38,192 nt of DNA from Victivallaceae bacterium (GTDB lineage: Bacteria; Verrucomicrobiota; Lentisphaeria; Victivallales; Victivallaceae), in assembly GCA_045651565.1 (NCBI GenBank), contig JAZRSP010000263.1, forward strand, positions 1-38,192, given 5' to 3'. A model generated the notes under the pieces. It had not been told where the DNA came from and searched no databases. It saw nothing but the letters and a program-made list of their open reading frames with translations. The position numbers and the translations under genes are program-made. This document shows, piece by piece, positions 8,631 through 16,785 of this stretch; position 1 is the first letter of the stretch, and each line of letters starts with the position of its first letter.

Positions 8631-9134
8631 TTATTCATCACCGGAACTTTGTCCGCCATTTTCCAGCAAAATCGCCAGGATTCCGCCGCTTAAAATCAAA
8701 CTTGCAAGGTAAATCCATGCCCCTGCCGACATCTGAATTGCCGACAAAAACTGTCCATAAATTGACTCGCCTGCAATTTGAATTCCGCTCATCACCAAAA
8801 ATCCTCCGATAAGTCCGCAAATTATTGTCTTAAATGCCCGAATCGTAATGCCGGAATCATAATTTGCCAAAAGCTGAAACTTAAAATTTCCGCTCAATAT
8901 CGCCGATACAAAAACCCCAAGCAGAATACCTGCAAGTAAGCCCAATGAATAATTATCCCAGGAAATTCTATTAAACTGCTCATCTGCGGCACTCTCTGCA
9001 CAATAGTCACCGACAATAGTGAAACTTTGCCCCATGCCCAGCGATTCATCAATTAAGTGCAGTCCAAGCAGAAAAGCGAAAATTAAAACCCCACCGCCGA
9101 TATAGAAAGGCCATTTCCTATTAAATATTCCCAT
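8631..9134 (-). CDS. YeeE/YedE-family (sulfur-transport-like) membrane protein, first half-size subunit
   Basis: 167 aa, polytopic, with a GLIGGFLVMSGIQIAGES block. Paired with the next gene 26 nt downstream. Confidence 0.55.
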   Translation of the reverse strand: MGIFNRKWPFYIGGGVLIFAFLLGLHLIDESLGMGQSFTIVGDYCAESAADEQFNRISWDNYSLGLLAGILLGVFVSAILSGNFKFQLLANYDSGITIRAFKTIICGLIGGFLVMSGIQIAGESIYGQFLSAIQMSAGAWIYLASLILSGGILAILLENGGQSSGDE

Positions 9135-9139
9135 TTTCT

Positions 9140-10960
9140 CTATTCCTTATAATAAAATCTCATAATCCACTCAAACGGAACTGTTTCATTATCATATTGC
9201 GATCTCGAATATGCCCGCTGATTGTCCAATCCCAAAGAAACCGTTTTATTTCTTGAACTACCTCCAAGTCCAAGCAATTCCAGAGTAACTTTTCCTTCTT
9301 GCAATTTCACCGGGACAATATAGAAGCCATTATCGCTTTTGTCAAGTTCGAAACGATGAGTTTTTCCATTTATTTTTATCAAAGCGCTGCCTGTTGGATT
9401 TTCTCCATACAACATAAACTTCAAATTACCCTCCTGCGACAAATCGGCAACTTTAAACTCCTTAACGACCTTTTTGTGTTTCTCCAAAGTGAAAAGCTTC
9501 CAATCCCCGAAACTCATCGGTCCATAATCAAATATACACTTTTCACCCTCATTCAGGGTATTTATTTGTGTCCCGTCTGGTCGGACAAAGGTCATAATGA
9601 TTGCTTCATAGTGCTGACGATAAGTCGAATAAGCAAAACACACCAAGAAAATTCCGCAAAACAACGAAAAACCGAACCATTTAAAGAATCTCTTATCCTT
9701 CGACTTGATCCCGTCGATTAAATAAGCAACGGCAATTCCGCCCCAAACCGCCATGTCCGGCAGAATCGGTGCTCTGAATCGACCCAAGTTATAAAAAAAT
9801 GCGATCGAAAGTTGATAGAATATCACACAAAGAAAGAGCATTTGCATCGCCCAATCTTTCTCTTTAAACATCTTTTTTAAACTCAAAAATATCCCGGTCA
9901 TGCCCAGAATAATTATGATAAACGGCTGACCCAAAACATTGTACTTCAAAAAAACATTCTGCCCCATTCCCTCATAAAATGAAACATTATTAGGAATCTC
10001 GCCCCAACTCCAAAAAAGCAACACCTTCCTGAAACTTAACTCTATGTACTCTAATGGTTTATCCAAAAAATAATCCAATATTTGCAACGGCACACTACGC
10101 TCCGCATCTCGTGCCATAAAAATCTCATAACTTTCCGGGTATTCCATCGGTCCATTGCCCATAAAATAATCTCTGCCACCCGGAGGCGATTCAGGAGTAT
10201 TACCCAGAGCCAAAACCGCCGCCGAAGCAGTTGAAGCCCCGGTCAATCTGCCAAGTTTAATGCTATTATAGATAATAAACGGCGATTGAGCAAGAAAAAT
10301 TCCGCCGAAAATAATTCCGACATACACCCAGGATTGCCAATTTTTTCTTTCGCTTCTCCCTTTAAGCACAATCAAGGGCAAAATACCGAAAAGCATCAAG
10401 TAAATATTACCTCTTGTGGCACAACTTATACCCATTACCAAGGCGGCAAGAAAATAGAAAAGACAACTTTTTTTGAAACATGCCTCTTGCACCGCCAAAA
10501 TAAGTAAATAAGAGAAAAACACCACATTAAAAGTTTGCAGCGTGGCAATTTTCATATAAGGAGTATAGAAAATCAATACCCCGGAAATTGCAGTCAAAAT
10601 CGCCGCAATAAGCCCTGCTCTTTCGCTTAAAACCTTTTTCCCGATAAGACCTGTCAGAAAAACCGTAAGGGCCCCCAAAATCGCTTGAACTATTATCGGC
10701 GCAACTAAACTCTCTCCGAATATCCACACTATCGGTGCCAAAAATCCAGCATAATAAAACGGCTGATAATAAAACGGTCCGCTGAATTCACCACGAACCA
10801 ACTCTCTGGATAATTGAATATAAGTCGCTGGATCAGTGCTTGGCGCAGGGTGCAGAACCGCCCTCGATACATGCATCAAGTCAAACGCGACATACAATCT
10901 TACTCCCAATGCCGCCAATGTGATAAAAAACAGATATTTCAAAAAACGATCAAATTTCAT
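9140..10960 (-). CDS. GT-C fold glycosyltransferase, family 39 (ArnT / PMT-like), with periplasmic C-terminal domain
   Basis: 606 aa with about 11-13 hydrophobic helices in the first 450 aa, an architecture typical of ArnT/PMT_2, followed by a soluble beta-rich tail. Its ATG overlaps the upstream TGA by 1 nt. Confidence 0.7.
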   Translation of the reverse strand: MKFDRFLKYLFFITLAALGVRLYVAFDLMHVSRAVLHPAPSTDPATYIQLSRELVRGEFSGPFYYQPFYYAGFLAPIVWIFGESLVAPIIVQAILGALTVFLTGLIGKKVLSERAGLIAAILTAISGVLIFYTPYMKIATLQTFNVVFFSYLLILAVQEACFKKSCLFYFLAALVMGISCATRGNIYLMLFGILPLIVLKGRSERKNWQSWVYVGIIFGGIFLAQSPFIIYNSIKLGRLTGASTASAAVLALGNTPESPPGGRDYFMGNGPMEYPESYEIFMARDAERSVPLQILDYFLDKPLEYIELSFRKVLLFWSWGEIPNNVSFYEGMGQNVFLKYNVLGQPFIIIILGMTGIFLSLKKMFKEKDWAMQMLFLCVIFYQLSIAFFYNLGRFRAPILPDMAVWGGIAVAYLIDGIKSKDKRFFKWFGFSLFCGIFLVCFAYSTYRQHYEAIIMTFVRPDGTQINTLNEGEKCIFDYGPMSFGDWKLFTLEKHKKVVKEFKVADLSQEGNLKFMLYGENPTGSALIKINGKTHRFELDKSDNGFYIVPVKLQEGKVTLELLGLGGSSRNKTVSLGLDNQRAYSRSQYDNETVPFEWIMRFYYKE

Positions 10961-11940
10961 CAGAGTTCCCTCACTTCATTCGGGAAAAGGCAACTGCTGA
11001 AATGTTCCGAACTACCATCATCAACTGCAACCAAAGATGCTTCATGACTTAAACACTCATCTCGCCTCATCGGACAACGAGAATAGAATGCACACCCCTT
11101 TATCTCACTTCGAGCTGACGGCACATCTCCATGCAGCATGATACGATTAACGCCATTCAAATCCAACTTCGGCACTGCTGAAAGCAAAGCCTTGGTATAT
11201 GGGTGTTGCGGATTCCCTGTAACTTCATGCGATGGACCCATTTCCACAATCTTGCCTAAATACATCACCATAATCCTATCGCTTATATGTTCAACAACCG
11301 CCAAGTCATGGGCGATAAAGATAAATGAAGTGTCAGTTTTTTCTCGGATTTCACTCAATAAATTAATTATTTGTGACTGCACACTGACATCAAGCGCTGA
11401 AACAGGTTCATCGGCAATGATCACTTTCGGCTGTACCGCCAGAGCCCTGGCAATACCGATACGCTGTCTTTGTCCCCCGGAAAATTGATGGATATACCGT
11501 TCCATGGCGGCAGGAGCTATTCCGACTTGTTCAAGCAGTTTCGCAATCTCTTTTTTGCGTTCCTTTTTATCTAAATCGGTATGAATCGCCAAAACTTCAT
11601 CCAAAATTTCGCCGACAGTCATTCTGGGATTTAATGAACTGTACGGATCTTGAAAAATAAACTGAATATTTTTGCGAAACTTGCGTAATTTACTGCCATT
11701 TAACTTCAAAACATCAATATCGTCGAGCATTACACTGCCGGCATGCAACTGCTCCAATCTCACCAAAGCCCTGCCGAGGGTACTTTTCCCGCAGCCGGAC
11801 TCCCCGACCAAACCGATAATTTCATTCTCTTTAAGTTCAAATGAAACGCCGTCAACTGCCCTTAATGGCGGTGCTTTTTTACGCAAAAAACCATTTTCAG
11901 AGTAATAAACTTTTAAATTTTCGACTTTTAATACTGACAT
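10960..11940 (-). CDS. ABC transporter ATP-binding protein, oligopeptide/dipeptide (OppF/DppF) type, orphan
   Basis: Walker A GESGCGKST, signature SGGQRQR, Walker B IIADEP, and the Opp/Dpp-specific C-terminal HPYTKALL block with a Cys-rich tail. Confidence 0.85.
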   Translation of the reverse strand: MSVLKVENLKVYYSENGFLRKKAPPLRAVDGVSFELKENEIIGLVGESGCGKSTLGRALVRLEQLHAGSVMLDDIDVLKLNGSKLRKFRKNIQFIFQDPYSSLNPRMTVGEILDEVLAIHTDLDKKERKKEIAKLLEQVGIAPAAMERYIHQFSGGQRQRIGIARALAVQPKVIIADEPVSALDVSVQSQIINLLSEIREKTDTSFIFIAHDLAVVEHISDRIMVMYLGKIVEMGPSHEVTGNPQHPYTKALLSAVPKLDLNGVNRIMLHGDVPSARSEIKGCAFYSRCPMRRDECLSHEASLVAVDDGSSEHFSSCLFPNEVREL

Positions 11941-11962
11941 TTGGCTATTTCTCTAAATTAAA

Positions 11963-12139
11963 TTATTGAGCAAAGGTACGATGTTCCCAACTTGCAGGAC
12001 GATTATGCGGCAAACGACTTACGCCTGAACGCTCCTGCGGAGAGCATCCGCCAAGAATAATAATTACTCCGGAAAGACAAAATACCGTCATAATCACAAT
12101 TAAGACGGTATTTTTATTTTTTTTATCTGAATTCGACAT
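11963..12139 (-). CDS. Small putative lipoprotein (58 aa)
   Basis: My translation is MSNSDKKNKNTVLIVIMTVFCLSGVIIILGGCSPQERSGVSRLPHNRPASWEHRTFAQ. It has a basic n-region, a hydrophobic core and an L-G-G-C lipobox. It fits in the 214-nt gap, 15 nt after the previous gene and 22 nt before the next. It is below the ORF-track cut-off. Confidence 0.45.
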   Translation of the reverse strand: MSNSDKKNKNTVLIVIMTVFCLSGVIIILGGCSPQERSGVSRLPHNRPASWEHRTFAQ

Positions 12140-12154
12140 AGAACTCTTTTGGTT

Positions 12155-12346
12155 TTATTCAGCAGTTTCTCCGCCCTCTGCTCCGGGAGTTTCTGCAACG
12201 GCTTCGACGGGAGCTGCCGGGAAAAATCGCTCTTTCAAGGTTGCACCCAAGCCGTAAGAGTCCATTTCAAGCAACTGAAAAGTCAATGCAGCTGCAAGTG
12301 AGATAAATATCAGAATGATAAATACGCCTAAAGTTTTAGAAGCCAT
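12155..12346 (-). CDS. Small membrane protein (63 aa) with acidic Pro/Ala/Glu tail
   Basis: One TM helix (LGVFIILIFISLAAALTFQLL). ATG with AGAGAGGAA upstream. 23 nt after the upstream gene. Confidence 0.5.
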   Translation of the reverse strand: MASKTLGVFIILIFISLAAALTFQLLEMDSYGLGATLKERFFPAAPVEAVAETPGAEGGETAE

Positions 12347-12369
12347 ATTCCAATTCCTCTCTTTCAGAC

Positions 12370-13581
12370 TTACTGAACGAAGTCAACTATTACGGTATCA
12401 CCGACTTTGATATTATTGATATCATCTGCCGGAACTTCAACGATTGAGCATTTATCAGCAACATTGGTTGCTTCTGCGCCCTTGACAATCAACTTGACAT
12501 CGGGAGTATCGAAGTTACGGACGATATTGAACTTCATGCCTTTTTCGATTTTCGGGTCAACCAAATTGTTCTTGTTGCCGAGCCACTGAGAAACTCTGGT
12601 GAGAGCTCCCAAGTCAACTACTACGAAACCGAAGCGTTCATTAATTTCGATAACCTTACCTTTTACAGCCTTGCGAGCATCTACGCCGCCGACAGTCCAC
12701 GGAGTTTCCAAATTATCTTCATCGATAGTGATGATTGATTTAAGGAGGTTATTTTCGTTATTGCTTGCTTCCAAGTTCTGGTTCAAGCGAGTAATATCAG
12801 CCTGACGGTTAGCAACGGTGCTATTCAAGCGTTCGATTTCCTGTTTTGCTTTCTGCAATTCACGACGAGTATTATCGAGATCGGTTTTCAATTTTGAAAT
12901 AGTTGCCTTCAAAGTTCTGGTTGCATTGGCAATTGCATTTGCATCATTTACAGAAACATTACCGCTTCCGCTTGCCTGTGCCAATTCACGAGCCATATTC
13001 TGATAACGAGTCAACTGCTCATTCATGCTTTTCAATTTAGCATTCAAAGCACTCAATGCCTTGCTGGGGTCATTATCATTTCTCATAGCATTCTTATTTA
13101 CAGTAACGCCGACCAAACTTGCGGTACTTGCGATACCATTTACCAAGTTATCACGACGATTTTTCATTTCAACGACAGCCTTTACGATTGATTCGCTTGA
13201 AGCGAGAGAAGTTTCAACTGCGGTCAACTTGCTTTCAGAGGGGACACCTCTCATTTCGATATTTTTAGCAATTCTGGTCAAAGCATCAATATATTCGCTG
13301 CGCTGCTTCATCAATTGCTCTGCGCCGCCGGTCAATTCAGACAAAACACTATCCATATTAGCATATTGAGTATGGTGCAAAGTTTCAGTAGTAACCTTTT
13401 CAGCGATTTGAGTTCCGCTATCTTTGTCCATAATTGTTGCAACTTCATGAGATTTCTCACCGAATTTGCCCCAACCTTCCAACAACTGGACGCGTTTCTC
13501 ATACAAGAAAAATGATGTTACCGCTAAAGCAATTGCAAACAGCAAAACGAGTACACTCAAAATAATATTAAATACTTTCAT
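12370..13581 (-). CDS. Membrane-anchored long coiled-coil protein with beta-rich C-terminal domain (TolA-like architecture), hypothetical
   Basis: N-terminal TM (IILSVLVLLFAIALAVTSFFL), then about 250 aa of heptad-like Q/E/K/L/N-rich sequence, then a C-terminal domain of about 100 aa (KGKVIEINERFGFVVVDLG...VGDTVIVDF). AAGGAAG RBS. Confidence 0.7.
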   Translation of the reverse strand: MKVFNIILSVLVLLFAIALAVTSFFLYEKRVQLLEGWGKFGEKSHEVATIMDKDSGTQIAEKVTTETLHHTQYANMDSVLSELTGGAEQLMKQRSEYIDALTRIAKNIEMRGVPSESKLTAVETSLASSESIVKAVVEMKNRRDNLVNGIASTASLVGVTVNKNAMRNDNDPSKALSALNAKLKSMNEQLTRYQNMARELAQASGSGNVSVNDANAIANATRTLKATISKLKTDLDNTRRELQKAKQEIERLNSTVANRQADITRLNQNLEASNNENNLLKSIITIDEDNLETPWTVGGVDARKAVKGKVIEINERFGFVVVDLGALTRVSQWLGNKNNLVDPKIEKGMKFNIVRNFDTPDVKLIVKGAEATNVADKCSIVEVPADDINNIKVGDTVIVDFVQ

Positions 13582-13765
13582 AATACTTCCTTATTTTATT
13601 ATATTAACACCTTTTTTAATCACAAAATAATACACATACTCTAAACTTATCACATTAAAAGAGATTTTCAAGGCAAAAAACAAAAAAAATTGAGTTTTTT
13701 TCTTGTTTTTTTCATTTTTTCGACAAAAAATCAATTATTTCTATCAAAAAAAACTATTTTAGTTC

Positions 13766-14035
13766 TTAAATTACCACCTTTACTCCGTCCAAAGCGTGAA
13801 TAGTATTAGCGATATTTTCCATCTCTTCTTTATTTGCCAGCTGCTTGCTGAATGCGAAAGTTTTGTATGTACCTGAACTTGAAACACTTGTGTTTTTCAA
13901 ATCATCCAAAACACCGAATTCTTTCATCAATTTTTCAATCTCCGGCACTACCGTAGATTCCTTGGCACTCTCAATGATCACCCGATACGTCCAATCAACG
14001 GGGAATTTGATCTCCTGTTCATTCATCTCTTGCAT
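13766..14035 (-). CDS. DUF493 (YbeD-like, UPF0250) protein
   Basis: 89 aa. The FPVDWTYRVI...SSSGTYKTFAF...DGVKVVI pattern aligns by eye with E. coli YbeD (FPTPFTYKVMG...SSKGNYHSVSI...VRMVL). Its ATG overlaps the nifS TAA by 1 nt. Confidence 0.75.
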   Translation of the reverse strand: MQEMNEQEIKFPVDWTYRVIIESAKESTVVPEIEKLMKEFGVLDDLKNTSVSSSGTYKTFAFSKQLANKEEMENIANTIHALDGVKVVI

Positions 14036-15219
14036 TATTTCTCACTCCAATACGGTGAAATTTCACGAAGTCTGGCAATAATCGGCGGAAGTTTATCCAG
14101 AATAACATCGACTTCGCTCATGTTGTTATAGCGGGAAAAACTGAATCTGATTGTACCATGTGCCGCAGTGTAAGGCAATCCCATTGCCCGCAAAACATGT
14201 GACGGCTCCAAACTTCCGGTGGTACATGCACTGCCGCTGGAAGCACAAATATTCATCATATCCAACAACATCAAAATAGATTCACCCTCAATATACTCAA
14301 AACTTATGCTTGAAGTATTCGGCAATCTGGAATTCAAATCGCCATTAATACGAATTTTCGGAATTCTTTCAAGCAAACCTTTCTCCAATCTGTCACGCAT
14401 TTCAGCAAGCACAAGCACTTCTTTATTAACTGATTCCGCCGCAATTCTGCATGCTTCGCCCAAGGCAACAATCGAAGCGGTATTCTCTGTGCCGGCTCTT
14501 CTGCCCAACTCCTGATGACCGCCGACAATCAAAGGTTTAAACCGCACTCCCCGGCGAATATACAAAACACCTATACCTTTGGGGGCGTGGAGTTTATGAC
14601 CGGATAAACTCAAAAAGTCTATTGAATTTTTTGACATATCAATCGGCACTTTGCCAACTGCCTGTACAGCATCGGTATGGAACAAAGCTCCTTTAGCGTG
14701 AGCGATTTCAGCAATTTCCTCAACCGGATAAATATTTCCGATTTCATTATTTGCCCACATAATAGAAACAATTGCGGTATCGGTATCGACCTCTTTTTTC
14801 AGTTTTTCCATATCCAATCTGCCGCGGTCATCGACACCGATATAACTTATTTCGTATCCCTGACGGGCCAATTCTTTACATTTAGAAAGGATAGCGGGGT
14901 GTTCGACCTTGGAAGTAACAATCTTTTTTCTGCCTTCCTGGGTAGCGATTGCGCTCATAATCGCCGCATTATCGCTCTCTGTTCCGCAACTTGTAAAAAG
15001 GATTTCGGTTGCACAATTATCTTTGTTGCGGAAATTCGCGCCGATTAACTGAGCCACCTGCCGTCTTGCCTCTTCGATATCGGGCATAACAAGTCCGCCG
15101 AAACTGTGAATGCTTGACGGATTGCCATATCTTTCGGTCAAATATGGCAACATTTTGGCAACGACAGCCTCATCTACTTTGGTCGTTGCATTATTATCCA
15201 GATAAATTACATTACTCAT
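14035..15219 (-). CDS. nifS: Cysteine desulfurase, NifS type
   Basis: IYLDNNATT, SGHKLHAPKGIGVLYIRRG (PLP lysine) and SSGSACTTG (active-site Cys loop). I use ATG 15219, 1 nt after the nifU stop, with GAGG upstream. The ORF-track start at 15234 is a TTG. Confidence 0.9.
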   Translation of the reverse strand: MSNVIYLDNNATTKVDEAVVAKMLPYLTERYGNPSSIHSFGGLVMPDIEEARRQVAQLIGANFRNKDNCATEILFTSCGTESDNAAIMSAIATQEGRKKIVTSKVEHPAILSKCKELARQGYEISYIGVDDRGRLDMEKLKKEVDTDTAIVSIMWANNEIGNIYPVEEIAEIAHAKGALFHTDAVQAVGKVPIDMSKNSIDFLSLSGHKLHAPKGIGVLYIRRGVRFKPLIVGGHQELGRRAGTENTASIVALGEACRIAAESVNKEVLVLAEMRDRLEKGLLERIPKIRINGDLNSRLPNTSSISFEYIEGESILMLLDMMNICASSGSACTTGSLEPSHVLRAMGLPYTAAHGTIRFSFSRYNNMSEVDVILDKLPPIIARLREISPYWSEK

Positions 15220-15220
15220 T

Positions 15221-16069
15221 TTAACAACTTTCAACCTCTAATTCGGGGGACAAGAACTCTTTTAACTTGCCTTCGACGGTGTTTTTCAATGTAACATTGC
15301 TTGCGGGGCAACTTGCACAACGCCCCTGCAAACGCACTCTCACCAAATTACCCTGCAAATCCATTAACTCAATTGAGCCGCCGTCTTTTTCGAGCAACGG
15401 TTTAATTTCACGATCAAGGATCTCCTGAATTTTCATAATTTTCTGCACAATCGAAAGTTTATCAAAACCATCTGCCGACTTTGCAAGTTCTTGATTTTCA
15501 GGACTTTTCCACATATCATCGAGGATTTCCTGAATTTTGTCCAAACAGGCACCGCAAGCACCGCCGGCTTTGCAGTAATTGGTAACTTCGCTTGCCTTGT
15601 GCAAATTATTGGTTTTAGCAACATTGATAATAGTGCTGTCGGTAACTCCGAAACATTTGCAGATAATCACTCCGTCATGCTGGTCATCATCGGCGACAGT
15701 TTCGCCGCGGTAATCAGCAATTGCCGCCTGCAAAGCCTCCATGCCCATTACGGAGCAGTGCATTTTTTCCTCCGGGAGTTCGCCCAAAATTTTGACAATA
15801 TCCTGATTGGTAACTTTCGCCGCTTCCTCCAAGGTCATGCCTTTGACAAGTTCAGTCAAAGCCGAACTTGAAGCGATTGCGCTGGCGCAGCCGAAAGTTT
15901 TGAACTTCGCTTCGACAATTCTACCATTTTCATCAAGTTTGAAGGTGAATTTCAAAGCATCACCGCAACTCATATTTCCAACTTCACCGACACCGTCAGC
16001 ATTCTCAACTTCGCCGACATTGCGCGGATTAAGGAAGTGATCCATAACTTCTTTATTGTAATTCCACAT
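15221..16069 (-). CDS. nifU: Fe-S cluster assembly scaffold NifU (three-domain)
   Basis: IscU-like N-domain (GNMSCGDA, FGCASAIASS, HCSV), central BFD-like [2Fe-2S] Cys cluster (CKCFGV...CKAGGACGAC) and a C-terminal NifU domain (GRCASCPAS). Confidence 0.9.
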   Translation of the reverse strand: MWNYNKEVMDHFLNPRNVGEVENADGVGEVGNMSCGDALKFTFKLDENGRIVEAKFKTFGCASAIASSSALTELVKGMTLEEAAKVTNQDIVKILGELPEEKMHCSVMGMEALQAAIADYRGETVADDDQHDGVIICKCFGVTDSTIINVAKTNNLHKASEVTNYCKAGGACGACLDKIQEILDDMWKSPENQELAKSADGFDKLSIVQKIMKIQEILDREIKPLLEKDGGSIELMDLQGNLVRVRLQGRCASCPASNVTLKNTVEGKLKEFLSPELEVESC

Positions 16070-16101
16070 TTTCTGTCCTCATATATTATGTTTATTACTA
16101 T

Positions 16102-16686
16102 TTACACCTGCATTGAAAACCAAATTGCCGCCGCCACCAACAACGAAGTTACTCCAATAACTCCGATTAAAAGCATTAACAATTTAGTAATATTTTTCAA
16201 TTGTTTATAAAAACCTTTTACATCAACATTATTTGCGCCGAAAACTTCGGAAGTTTCCGTATCGCCATTCAATTCCATTTGAGCTTCCAAAGAGAAGAAG
16301 TTCATTCTAAAATTCTCAACAGTTTTCACATAATCGTAAAACTCTTTTGAGTCTTCCGGGTCGCTCAAACTTTTTAACTTATCCAATTTTTCACTCAACT
16401 CATCAATCAGCTCACGGCGTTTTCTGCCCTGTTCAACTGCGAGTGCATCCAACTGCTGTAATCTGGTCAAACTTTTCACAGCTCTATCCTGAATATCCAG
16501 TTTCGCCCGATAGACATCGATAAGTCTATTCTCCTGTGCCTTGGAAAATTTAGCACCATTAATATCTTTATTATCAGCATTCAAATTGCCTTGATACGAC
16601 GGAAGCGAAGACGATTTTTGGGTCGCCATACGAATTTCCGAAGAAAATTTTTGCAAATTGTCACTGACGTATTCTCTTTTGCCCAT
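16102..16686 (-). CDS. Tail-anchored coiled-coil protein, hypothetical (194 aa)
   Basis: Strong RBS AAGAGGTG. Soluble helical body and a single C-terminal TM (LLMLLIGVIGVTSLLVAAAIWF). 32 nt upstream of nifU. Confidence 0.6.
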   Translation of the reverse strand: MGKREYVSDNLQKFSSEIRMATQKSSSLPSYQGNLNADNKDINGAKFSKAQENRLIDVYRAKLDIQDRAVKSLTRLQQLDALAVEQGRKRRELIDELSEKLDKLKSLSDPEDSKEFYDYVKTVENFRMNFFSLEAQMELNGDTETSEVFGANNVDVKGFYKQLKNITKLLMLLIGVIGVTSLLVAAAIWFSMQV

Positions 16687-16785
16687 TTAGCACCTCTTTT
16701 TGTCATTTTATATAAGATACACGCTTTTACGAAAATCGCAAATAAACTGTACGATTTTTTTGCAATTATCTTCTAAAAAAAGTTA

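Noticed and set aside
13675-13712. A-tract/T-tract pseudo-palindrome as terminator after the DUF493 gene
   Set aside because: The stem would be almost entirely A-U pairs with mismatches, which is too weak to call an intrinsic terminator.
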